This document shows positions 18,798 to 27,676 of a stretch of 64,000 nucleotides of DNA, piece after piece (position 1 is the stretch's first letter; every line of letters begins with the position of its first letter). The DNA is from Chloroflexia bacterium. GTDB lineage: Bacteria > Chloroflexota > Chloroflexia > Thermomicrobiales > CADCWN01. The translations under genes and the position numbers were made by a program. The DNA lies in assembly GCA_046328475.1 (NCBI GenBank), contig JAXLWN010000008.1, forward strand, positions 46,532-110,531. Direction: 5' to 3'. The notes beneath the pieces are model-generated. The model saw only the letters and a list, made by a program, of their open reading frames with translations, ran no database searches and was not told where the DNA came from.

Positions 18798-21536
18798 TTA
18801 CTTCGTGCCGCCCAGCACCGCCCGCAACCGCCGCCCCGGCGCAGGAGGCAGCGGCCAGGGCAAGCGTGCGGCGAACCGCTGCGCGAGCATCGCCGCGCCG
18901 ACCGCCGCCAGCGCCAGGAGTGGGGCGCAGTACGCAACATTCATCGGCAGGCGAGGTTGTCCGGGCCACCACCACTGGAGATAGAGGAATCCGGCCGCGC
19001 CCACCAGCGCGCTCGCCGGGACGAACAGTCGCCAGCCGACGAAGGGGACAAAGGGCAGCACAAAGAGCGTGTACCAGGGATAGCTGGGGCTGGTGAGGAG
19101 GTTGCCGATCGCTTCGATGCCGAGCGCGCGGGCGAAGTAGTAGCCCTGGGCGCTGGTGCAGCCGAGGGCGCGCAAATTCGCCACCCGATCGGCGGTCTCC
19201 ACCCCTCCGCCGTCACCGCCAGCCCCAGCGTGCGCCCCAGGCCGATCATCGCGCCGACGATGGCGGTATCTTCCGGGCTCTCGTGCCGAGCCCGTTGACG
19301 AACGAGCCGGATCCACCTTCAGCACATCCACCGGGAAGCGCTTCAGATAGGCCAGGCTCGAATAGCCGGTGCCGAAGTCGTCGATCGCGACCTGGATCCC
19401 CAGTTCGCGCAACGCCGCGAGCGTGGCGGTGGTCGCCGCCGCGTCGCGCATCGCCAGCCGCTCGGTGATCTCCAGCCGCAGCCGCCCCGCCGGGAGGCGC
19501 GTCCCGGCCAGGATGTGCGCCACGTCGGCGACCAGCGCCGGATCCTGGAACTCGCGCGCCGAGAGGTTGACCGAGACGGTCACCGCATGGCCGTGGCTAT
19601 TCCACTCGCGCGCCTGGCGACAGGCGGTGCGCAGCACCCAGCGCCCGAGCGGGACGATCAGGCCGGTCTCCTCCGCGACGGGGATGAAGCGGTCGGGCGG
19701 GACCGCGCCGCGCACCGGGTGCCGCCAGCGCACCAGCGCCTCCGCCTCGACGATCTCGCCGCTGGCGAGGTCGACGATCGGCTGATAGTGGACCGCGAAC
19801 TCGCTGCGGTCGAGCGCCCCGCGCAGATCGCGCTCCAGCGAGGCGCGCTCCGCGAGTTGGGCCTGCATCGCGGGGTCGAAGAGGGCATAGCCCGCCCCGC
19901 CCGACCCCTTGGCGCGATACATCGCGATGTCGGCGTCGCGCAAGAGGTCGTCCGGGCGCGCGTGCGCCGATGTGCTCAGCACGATCCCGATGCTCGCCGC
20001 GATGCGGTGCGCCTGCCCGTCCAAGACGAGCCCCACCCCCAGCGCGCGGATGATGCGCTTCGCCAGGCTCGCCGCTTCGGTCGGGTCGGCGACATGCTCC
20101 ACCAGCACGGCGAACTCGTCGCCGCCGATCCGGGCGAGTGTGTCCCCGTCGCGCAGGCAGCGCCGCAGCCGGTCGGCCGCCGCCACCAGCAGGCGGTCGC
20201 CGCTGCTGTGCCCGAGCGAGTCGTTGATCTCCTTAAAACGGTCGAGATCGAGGAAAAAGACGGCGCAGGGGACGTTGCTGCGCCGGGAGCGCGCCAGCGC
20301 CTGGTCGAGGCGATCGATCAGCAGCGCGCGGTTCGGCAGGCCGATGAGCGGGTCGTGGGTGGCCTGGTGCTGGAGCCGCGCCTCCAGCTCCCGCTGCTCG
20401 GTGATATCGAGCGCGATCCCCAGCCAGCGGACCGGCCGGTCGCCGCTGTCCCGCACCACTTCGGTCTGCTGGCGCACCGTCCGCACGCTGCCATCCGGCC
20501 GCACGATGCGGTGCTCCAGGTCGTAGGGCTCGCCCCGCTCCAGCGAACCGGTGATCACGCGCCCGATCCGCTCGCGATCGTCGGGGTGAATCGCCGCCAG
20601 TAGTCGTTCGAACGTGGGGAGGAAGGCCTGCGGGGCGTACCCGGCGATGCGGAAGACCTCGTCGGACCAGCGCAGCACCTCGGAGTCGAAATCGTACTCC
20701 CAGCTCCCCAGTTGGGCGATCCGCAGCGCGGCGGCGAGGCTGGCCTCGCTCGCGCGCAGCGCCGCCTCCGCCGCCTTCCGCTCACTGATATCCTCGGCGT
20801 GGAGCAGGACGAGATCGGGCGGGAGGGGGACGCACGTGATGGCCAGATCCTTCTCCTCGCCGGTGGTGGCCAGCCGGACGCGAATCTCTCGCCGCAGCGT
20901 GATCTGTTCGGCGTGGCAGCGTTCGAGGTACTCGGCGTAATCGGGCTGTTCCCGGTAGATTTCGCGAAAGAGCTCGCCGTGGCTCACACCGCGCAGCGAG
21001 GCGACGGCCCCCTTCGTGAAATCGAGCGCGGCGGCATTGTACTCATCGAGGATGAAGGTGTCGCCCGCGCGACGCCAGGTATAGGTCGGCAGCGGGAACG
21101 CCTCGTATTGCGACCGCAGGCGCGCTTCGCTCGCCGCGTGCGCCATCTCGCTCGCGCGGAGGCGCAGGGAGGCCTCGCGCACCCAACCGACCAGCAGCCC
21201 GACCAGGAAGAGCGCGAGCAGCCCCGGCCCGGCGACGCGGAGCAGGACGGCCCAGGAGAGCGCGCCGAACAGGCCGATGACCGCGAGATTGAAGAGGACC
21301 GTCACAACCGCAGCGGCAGCTCCGCCGCGCCGCCCGAAGATCCAGGCGACGACCAGGACCGGGAGGACGCCGAGGGAGCCGAAAGCCGAGCCCATGGTAT
21401 GGGCCAGGAGCGTGAAAATGCCCGCGTAGATCAGGGCGCTGGCGGCCGTGGCCGCGATTCGCGCACGCAGCGTGGTGGGAAACAGCACCGGGAATCGTCC
21501 CGCGAGTGACACCTGGGGGGATGTGGCGGCGGACAT
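18798..21536 (-). CDS. Membrane PAS-PAS-GGDEF-EAL sensor protein (downstream paralogue); EAL domain locally out of frame and 3' end chimeric
   Basis: Start taken at 'MSAATSPQV' (ATG 21536). Contains TM segments, 2 PAS domains, 'ARIGGDEFAVLV' and 'EAEALVRW...DDFGTGYSSLAYLKRFPVDVLKVD'. About 35 codons are then in the wrong frame before 'VETADRVANLRALGCTSAQGYYFARAL'. The last ~100 aa resemble a GT-C membrane protein C-terminus. Confidence 0.8.
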   Translation of the reverse strand: MSAATSPQVSLAGRFPVLFPTTLRARIAATAASALIYAGIFTLLAHTMGSAFGSLGVLPVLVVAWIFGRRGGAAAAVVTVLFNLAVIGLFGALSWAVLLRVAGPGLLALFLVGLLVGWVREASLRLRASEMAHAASEARLRSQYEAFPLPTYTWRRAGDTFILDEYNAAALDFTKGAVASLRGVSHGELFREIYREQPDYAEYLERCHAEQITLRREIRVRLATTGEEKDLAITCVPLPPDLVLLHAEDISERKAAEAALRASEASLAAALRIAQLGSWEYDFDSEVLRWSDEVFRIAGYAPQAFLPTFERLLAAIHPDDRERIGRVITGSLERGEPYDLEHRIVRPDGSVRTVRQQTEVVRDSGDRPVRWLGIALDITEQRELEARLQHQATHDPLIGLPNRALLIDRLDQALARSRRSNVPCAVFFLDLDRFKEINDSLGHSSGDRLLVAAADRLRRCLRDGDTLARIGGDEFAVLVEHVADPTEAASLAKRIIRALGVGLVLDGQAHRIAASIGIVLSTSAHARPDDLLRDADIAMYRAKGSGGAGYALFDPAMQAQLAERASLERDLRGALDRSEFAVHYQPIVDLASGEIVEAEALVRWRHPVRGAVPPDRFIPVAEETGLIVPLGRWVLRTACRQAREWNSHGHAVTVSVNLSAREFQDPALVADVAHILAGTRLPAGRLRLEITERLAMRDAAATTATLAALRELGIQVAIDDFGTGYSSLAYLKRFPVDVLKVDPARSSTGSAREPGRYRHRRRDDRPGAHAGAGGDGGGVETADRVANLRALGCTSAQGYYFARALGIEAIGNLLTSPSYPWYTLFVLPFVPFVGWRLFVPASALVGAAGFLYLQWWWPGQPRLPMNVAYCAPLLALAAVGAAMLAQRFAARLPWPLPPAPGRRLRAVLGGTK

Positions 21537-21775
21537 GCAACCTCGCTCTGCTGGGCATCCCGATGCGCTTCTACACCCCCGGAGGCCCTGCGCAAGCCCC
21601 CTCGAATGTGCGCACGCATCCGCGACAATGCGCGCTGCGACGCCCTTCCAGTGTGCCAGGATGTTGCACAGACCACCATAGGGCAATAGTCCATACCGGT
21701 TGGGTGGGTGTCCTAGTTCGGACGCGGTACGGTCGTACTGTGGCGGGGGATGGACCGGTACTCGCACGCGTCATC

Positions 21776-24700
21776 TCACCGCCGCCCCGGGCCAACGCCC
21801 GCAGCCGGCGGCGCAAGCGGCCCCGTTGCGCGGGCGCTGGCGCGGCGACGCAATTCGCCCGTGGTCGGCACGCGGGGTGGCAGGATGGGTGGCGGCAGGT
21901 CGGGCAGCAGATCGGCGGCGAGGATCGCGCCAAAACCCTCGGCGTCGAGCGCGCGGGCGAAGTAGTAGCCCTGGGCGCTGGTGCAGCCGAGCGCCCGCAG
22001 ATGGGAGATCTGGGCCGCAGTTTCCGCCCCCTCCGCCGTCACCGCCAGCCCCAGCGTGCGCCCCAGGCCAACCGTCGCGCCGACGATCGCCGTATCCTCC
22101 GCGTTCGCGCCCAGCCCGGTGACGAAGGACCGGTCGATCTTGAGGACATCCACCGGGAAGCGCTTGAGGTACGCCAGCGAAGAGTAGCCGGTGCCGAAGT
22201 CGTCGATCGCGACCTGCACCCCCAGCTCGCGCAGCGCGGCGAGCGTGGCGGCGGTCACGGCCACGTCGCGCATCGCCAGCCGCTCGGTGATCTCCAGCCG
22301 CAGGCGGTCGGGGGCGAGACCGGCCCGGTCGAGCGCGGCGGCGACCAGCCCGACCAGATCGGCCTGCCCGAACTCGCGCGCGGAGAGATTGACCGCGACG
22401 ACGAGCTGGTGTCCCCGGTCGCGCCAGATCCGCGCCTGGCGGCAGGCCTCGCCGAGCACCCAGCGCCCCAGCGGCGCGATCAGCCCCGTCTCCTCCGCCA
22501 GCGGGATGAACTCGTCCGGGGGGACGGTGCCCCGCGTGGCGTGTTGCCAGCGCACCAGCGCCTCGGCCTCGACGATGCGCCCGCTGGCGAGATCGACGAT
22601 CGGCTGATAGTGCAAGCGGAGGTCGCCGCGCTCGAGCGCATCGCGCAAATCCTGCTCCAGGGCGAGGTGCGCCACGAGTTGCGCCTGCATCGTCCGGTCG
22701 AAGAGGGCATAGCCCGCCCCGCCCGACCCCTTGGCGCGGTACATCGCGATGTCGGCGTCGCGCAGCAGATCGTCCGGGCGCAGATGCTCCGCCGTGCTCA
22801 GCACAATCCCGATGCTCGCCGCGATGCGGTACACCTGCCCGTCGAGCGAGAACGGCGGCGCGAGGGCACCGGCCAACCGGTCGGCCACTTCGGCCGCCGC
22901 CGAGGGATCGGCGATACCTTCGAGCAACACCGTGAATTCATCGCCGCCGAGCCGCGCGAGCATGTCGGTTTCGCGCAGGACACCGCGCAGCCGCGCGGTG
23001 ACGGCGACCAGGAGCCGGTCGCCCGCCTCGTGGCCGAGGGTGTCGTTGACGACCTTAAAGTTATCCAGGTCGAGGAAGAGGACCGCGCACGGGAAGCCGC
23101 GCCGCGAGTGGGTGAGCGCATGGCCGACGCAATCGAGGAAATAGGCGCGATTGGGCAGGCCGGTCAGCGCGTCGTGCGTGGCCTGGTGCGCCAGCTGCCC
23201 CTCCGCGCGCCGCCGCTCGGTCAACTCCTGCTCCAGCGCGGCGTAGAGGCGGGCGTTCTCCAGGGCGGTGGCGGCCTGGGCGGCGATAGTGGCGAGCAGA
23301 TCGAGGTGGCTGGCCTGATAGACCCCCTCGCGCTCGTAATCTTGCACCGCGATCACGCCGATCACCTGGTCGCCCGTCAGCATCGGCACCGCCAGGAAGC
23401 TGCGGCACGGCGTGCCAACCGCCTTGATGCCGAGCCTCGCGCACTCCGCCTCGACATCGCGCGGGAAGAGCAACGGCTGCCGCGTGCGGATGATGTAGTC
23501 GGTCAGGCCAGCGCCGAGCGGGCGAGTCGCCGGTTCGCGGAGTTCGCCGTTGATGCGATAGATCGGGAAGAGGATTTCTCGCCGCGCCTCGTCGTGCAGG
23601 GCGATGTAGAGATTGCTGTTGTCGAGCACCTGCCCGACGACCTCATCGATCAGGGTGAGGATCGCGGCCGGTTCGGCCAGCCGGGTCAGCGTGCGGCCGA
23701 TCCTGTTGAGCGCCGACAGCTCCTCGTTGCGTCGCCGGAGATCCCGCTCGGCCTGCACGCGCTCGGTCACGTCGCGCGCGTTGACGACGAACCCGGCGAC
23801 GCTCGGTTCGTGGCTGAGGTTGGTGGTAATCGCCTCCCAATCGCGCCAGGAGCCATCCTTGTGGCGAATCCGGAACTCCACCGGCAGATGCGCGCCCGGC
23901 TGGGCGAGCGCTTCCTCGAAATTCGCCCTGCGCTTGGCGAGGTCGTCCGGGTGGATCAGGGCCAGCGGACTGCTCTCGGTGAGATCCGCCGCGTCGTAGC
24001 CAAGGACACGCTTGACCGACGGACTGACGTAGTGCCGCCTACCCTCCCGATCGAGGATGGTGGTGACATCGGAGGCATGCTGCGCGAGGGCGCGGAAGCG
24101 CTCCTCGCTGGCGCGCAGGGCCGCTTCCGCTTCCACCCGGCCCGTCACGTCCTGGGCCACCACCAACCGGGCCACGCGCCCCTGATAGTTGAGCGCCCGC
24201 GAAGCGGTCTCCACCGCGATCTCACGCCCATCCTTGAGGCGGTGATACCACGGCCCCGAGGCTTGCAGGTCGTCGTGGTTGGTCGCCAGGTGCTCCAGCA
24301 GTCGCAGACGCTCCGCGGGGTTGCGAATGTCGCCAACCCCCATCCGCTTGAACTCGGCGGGCGTGTAGCCGTAGCGAGCGACCGCCGCGTCGTTGACTTC
24401 GAGGAAGGCCAGCGTCTCCTGGTCGTAGACCCACATCGGGTGGGGATTGTTGGCGAAGAGATAGCGGAACTGCGCCTCCCGCTCCCGGAGTGCCGCCGCC
24501 GACCGCGCCCGCTCGATCGCCAGCGCCGCCAGGCCAACCGAACGCTCCAGCACCCGCCACTCGGCCTCGCTCGGCCGGCGCGGCGTGGTGGCGTAGACGG
24601 CAAAGGTGCCAAGCAGCCGCCCGCTCCCGCAAGCCCCGTCGGGATGGGTCAGGATCGGCAGCGACCAGCACGCCGCCAGGCCAAAGCTGCGCGCCAGTTC

Positions 24701-26146
24701 GCGATAATCATCCCAGAACGGGTCGGTGGCGATGTCGGCGGCGACGACGGGCGTGCGGCGGAACGCGGAGGTCCCACACGCGCCAACCCCCTCCCCCACC
24801 GGGATGCGCGCAAGTGCGACGGAATAGGCGTCGGGGAGGCTGGGAGCAGACGCGGAGCGCAACGACACGCCATCGTCATTCAGCAGCTGGATCGAGACGA
24901 ACGAACCATCGCCGACCGCCTCGACCGCGCGCGAGAGCAGATCGAGCGTCTCGCCCAGCGGGGCATCCTGGGCGATGCGTTCGAGGATCGTCGCCTGGGC
25001 GGCCAGCAATTGCTCGGCGCGGCGGCGCTCGGTGATGTCGAGCATGACCCCCTGCCAGTAGAGGGGTCGCCCGCCCTCGTCGCGCACCAATACCGCCTCG
25101 TCGCGCAGCCAGACCTCCCGCCCGTCGCGCGTCTGGAAACGATACTCCACCAACACCGGCTGCCCGGTGGCGCGGCCGGCCACAAACGCGGCCAGCACCC
25201 GCTCGCGATCCTCCGGGTGAACGTGATCGGGCCAGAAGTCCGGATCGGTGAGCCAGCAGTCCAGGTCATAGCCGAGCATCGGCAGGGCCTGCGGACTCAT
25301 GAACAGCGTGGCCCCCGACTCGTCGGCCGGCGCGCGATAGATCGTCGCGGGCACTTGCTCGACCAGGGTGCGGAACTCGCTCGCGCTCTGGCGCAAGTCG
25401 GACTCCGCGCGCCGGTGCTCGGTGGTGTCGCGGTAGTTGAGGACCACGCCATCGATCCCCGACTCGCCGAGCAGGTTCGTGCCGCGCACCACCAGCAAAC
25501 GCCAGGAGCCGTCGGCGTGGCGAACGCGCAGCACCGCTTCGCGCCTGCCGCCCGGCTCGCCGAGCAGTTCGGCGAAGAGTCGCCGCCCCGTGGGCGCATC
25601 GTCCGGGTGGAGGCGCGCGAAGACGTCGGTATCTTCCAATTCCTGGGGGGTGTGGCCGACGATCCCCGCCCCGGCCGGATTCTGATAGCGCACCACCCCG
25701 GCGGCATCGACGATCGCGATGCCCTCGGCGGCACCCTGGATCAGGGCGCGGAGACGCTGCTCGCTCGCGCCGAGCGCCGCCGCCGCCCGCCGCTGCTCCG
25801 CATCATTGGCGCGGCGTTGCACGAGCAGCTCGCGCAGCCAGCCGATCAACAACCCGATCGCCAGAAACGCGGGGAAGCCCGGCCGACCGGCTTGCCGGAA
25901 CAGCACGTCCCAGCCGGTCACGCCCGAAAAATAGCAAGAGAGCGTGATGAGTGGCACTATCAGCAGTGCCATCAGGAGGCCGCCGCGACGACCGAAGAGG
26001 GCGGCGGTGACGGCGACGGGGAGCAGTCCGAATGCGGCGACAGTTGGCCCCAGCCAGAGGCAGAGCGGGATGAATGCCAGACTGAAGAAGGCGGCGACGG
26101 CGACGGCGATCGACAGCCGTCTCCGCAGCGTCCAGGCGAGATTCAT
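21776..26146 (-). CDS. Membrane PAS-PAS-GAF-PAS-PAS-GAF-GGDEF-EAL sensor protein (upstream paralogue)
   Basis: Start taken at 'MNLAWTLRRRL' (ATG 26146). It has an intact GGDEF ('ARLGGDEFTVLL', I-site RETD) and an intact EAL ('EALVRW','DDFGTGYSS','KIDRSFV'). Confidence 0.9.
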   Translation of the reverse strand: MNLAWTLRRRLSIAVAVAAFFSLAFIPLCLWLGPTVAAFGLLPVAVTAALFGRRGGLLMALLIVPLITLSCYFSGVTGWDVLFRQAGRPGFPAFLAIGLLIGWLRELLVQRRANDAEQRRAAAALGASEQRLRALIQGAAEGIAIVDAAGVVRYQNPAGAGIVGHTPQELEDTDVFARLHPDDAPTGRRLFAELLGEPGGRREAVLRVRHADGSWRLLVVRGTNLLGESGIDGVVLNYRDTTEHRRAESDLRQSASEFRTLVEQVPATIYRAPADESGATLFMSPQALPMLGYDLDCWLTDPDFWPDHVHPEDRERVLAAFVAGRATGQPVLVEYRFQTRDGREVWLRDEAVLVRDEGGRPLYWQGVMLDITERRRAEQLLAAQATILERIAQDAPLGETLDLLSRAVEAVGDGSFVSIQLLNDDGVSLRSASAPSLPDAYSVALARIPVGEGVGACGTSAFRRTPVVAADIATDPFWDDYRELARSFGLAACWSLPILTHPDGACGSGRLLGTFAVYATTPRRPSEAEWRVLERSVGLAALAIERARSAAALREREAQFRYLFANNPHPMWVYDQETLAFLEVNDAAVARYGYTPAEFKRMGVGDIRNPAERLRLLEHLATNHDDLQASGPWYHRLKDGREIAVETASRALNYQGRVARLVVAQDVTGRVEAEAALRASEERFRALAQHASDVTTILDREGRRHYVSPSVKRVLGYDAADLTESSPLALIHPDDLAKRRANFEEALAQPGAHLPVEFRIRHKDGSWRDWEAITTNLSHEPSVAGFVVNARDVTERVQAERDLRRRNEELSALNRIGRTLTRLAEPAAILTLIDEVVGQVLDNSNLYIALHDEARREILFPIYRINGELREPATRPLGAGLTDYIIRTRQPLLFPRDVEAECARLGIKAVGTPCRSFLAVPMLTGDQVIGVIAVQDYEREGVYQASHLDLLATIAAQAATALENARLYAALEQELTERRRAEGQLAHQATHDALTGLPNRAYFLDCVGHALTHSRRGFPCAVLFLDLDNFKVVNDTLGHEAGDRLLVAVTARLRGVLRETDMLARLGGDEFTVLLEGIADPSAAAEVADRLAGALAPPFSLDGQVYRIAASIGIVLSTAEHLRPDDLLRDADIAMYRAKGSGGAGYALFDRTMQAQLVAHLALEQDLRDALERGDLRLHYQPIVDLASGRIVEAEALVRWQHATRGTVPPDEFIPLAEETGLIAPLGRWVLGEACRQARIWRDRGHQLVVAVNLSAREFGQADLVGLVAAALDRAGLAPDRLRLEITERLAMRDVAVTAATLAALRELGVQVAIDDFGTGYSSLAYLKRFPVDVLKIDRSFVTGLGANAEDTAIVGATVGLGRTLGLAVTAEGAETAAQISHLRALGCTSAQGYYFARALDAEGFGAILAADLLPDLPPPILPPRVPTTGELRRRASARATGPLAPPAAGVGPGRR

Positions 26147-26308
26147 GCGTCCCCAAAGTCCTGCATGACAATGGCAGGTGCCGGGTGGCCTCTCCCCATT
26201 GTCGCAGGGTGTTCGCGAGATGCTATCGCCCATGCGTCCAACCGATGGTCCCCTGCCGGGATAGGACCAGCACTGCCGGGGAGCGGCGAGGGGACTCCTC
26301 GAAACGTG

Positions 26309-26327
26309 TTCACAATTCTTCACAATT
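26309..26327. promoter_or_regulatory. Direct repeat TTCACAATT x2 (period 10) in a divergent promoter region
   Basis: TTCACAATT at 26309-26317 and 26319-26327, between the sensor gene start (26146, -) and the esterase start (26405, +). Confidence 0.3.
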
Positions 26328-26404
26328 GCATCACAGCGCCGCCCTATCGTGCCCGGCAGAGCGCAATTGGAATGGCTATCGGAGACGTGTAGAGGGATAA
26401 GGGG

Positions 26405-27595
26405 ATGACCGTGAGTACACACAAGCGACGCTGGGCACTGCTGCTCGCCGGGTTACTGATCGTCGGCACGCTCGCCGGGTGCGGCATCCAGCGGGTCGAT
26501 GCGATGACTCCCGGGCAGGGTTCCTAAGGGCTCGGGACGCGCGCGGGGCGACTCCCCGGCAACGCCCATGGGAGCATCACCGTCGCTGGGCAGGAACGCA
26601 CCTACTCGCTGCACCTGCCGCCGACGATCAACAGCGCCGGTCCGGTGCCGCTCGTCCTCGCCTTCCACGGCGCGGGCGGCCAGGGGCCGAGCATGGCCGG
26701 GCTGACCGGCTTCAACGCGCTGGCCGACCGGCAGGGCTTCGCCGTCGCCTACCCGGACGGGATCGACCGCCACTGGAACGACGGGCGTCCCGGCAACCGC
26801 CCGGGGCCGGGCACCCAGTACGACGATGTCGCCTTCGTCCGCGCCCTGATCGACCACCTCGCCACCACCCTGCCGATCGACCGGGCGCGCGTCTACGCCA
26901 CCGGCATGTCGAACGGCGCGATCTTCTCGCAACGCCTCGCCTGCGACCTCTCCGACCAGATCGCCGCAATCGGCGCGGTGGCCGGGTCGCTGGCGGAAGC
27001 ACTGGCCCCCGATTGTGCCCCCGGCCGCCCCATCCCGGTGCTGATGATCATGGGCGAGGCCGATCCGTTCGTCCCCTGGGCAGGCGGGCCGGTGCTCGGG
27101 CTCGGCTACGGCCCGGTCCTCTCGGTGGCCGATACGATCGCGCACTGGGTAGGGATGAATAACTGCGGCGCAACCCCAGGTATCACCCAGGAACCCGACC
27201 GCGCCCCGAACGACGGCACCACCGTCCGCCGCGAGTCCTACACCAACTGCCGCGACGGAGCCGACGTCACCCTCTACGCCGTCGTCAACGGCGGCCACGC
27301 CTGGCCCGGCGGCGTGCAATATCTCCCCGAGCGCACCATCGGCAAGACCAGCCGCGACATCGACGCCACCACCACCATCTGGGACTTCTTCGCCACCCAC
27401 CCCCGCCGCCCAACGCCTTTAAACCCTCTCCTCATCAGCCGGGTACCCGCGTGCGGGTGGCGGTCGCCGCCGCAGCGGCGGGGAGGGGTCTGCCTCCGCC
27501 AGCCACCTACCCCGCCATCTCCTCCCCCTCCGGTCAGCTCCCTTCCCCTCTCCCAGACGGTGGGAGAGGGGTGCCACCCGCAGGCGGCGGGGTGA
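26405..27595 (+). pseudogene. LpqC/PHB-depolymerase-family esterase lipoprotein with an in-frame TAA stop after the signal peptide
   Basis: ATG at 26405 gives 'MTVSTHKRRWALLLAGLLIVGTLAGCG' (lipobox). An in-frame TAA lies at 26525-26527. The same frame continues as '...GSITVAGQERTYSLHLPP...PLVLAFHGAGGQG...ATGMSNGA' (GxSxG). The 3' tail runs through a REP-like element. Confidence 0.75.
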
Positions 27596-27597
27596 GG
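27545..27597. repeat. REP-like family A copy (reverse orientation)
   Basis: 'cccctctcccagacggtgggagaggggtgccacccgcaggcggcggggtgagg', overlapping the 3' tail of the esterase ORF. Confidence 0.85.
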
Positions 27598-27604
27598 GCT
27601 ACAC

Positions 27605-27640
27605 AGCGATGCCACCGGAGCATACTCCGGTGGCATCGCT
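27605..27640. terminator. Hairpin between convergent esterase and mdh genes
   Basis: A perfect 16-bp stem: AGCGATGCCACCGGAG, loop CATA, CTCCGGTGGCATCGCT. There is no U-tract. Confidence 0.5.
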
Positions 27641-27676
27641 CGCACACTTCAGATTATGTCGCCCCGCGCCCGCGCC

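Noticed and set aside
26525-26527. Recoding (selenocysteine, pyrrolysine or read-through) at the in-frame stop of the esterase.
   Set aside because: The codon is TAA, not TGA or TAG. No SECIS-like hairpin follows. A substitution or base-call error is simpler.
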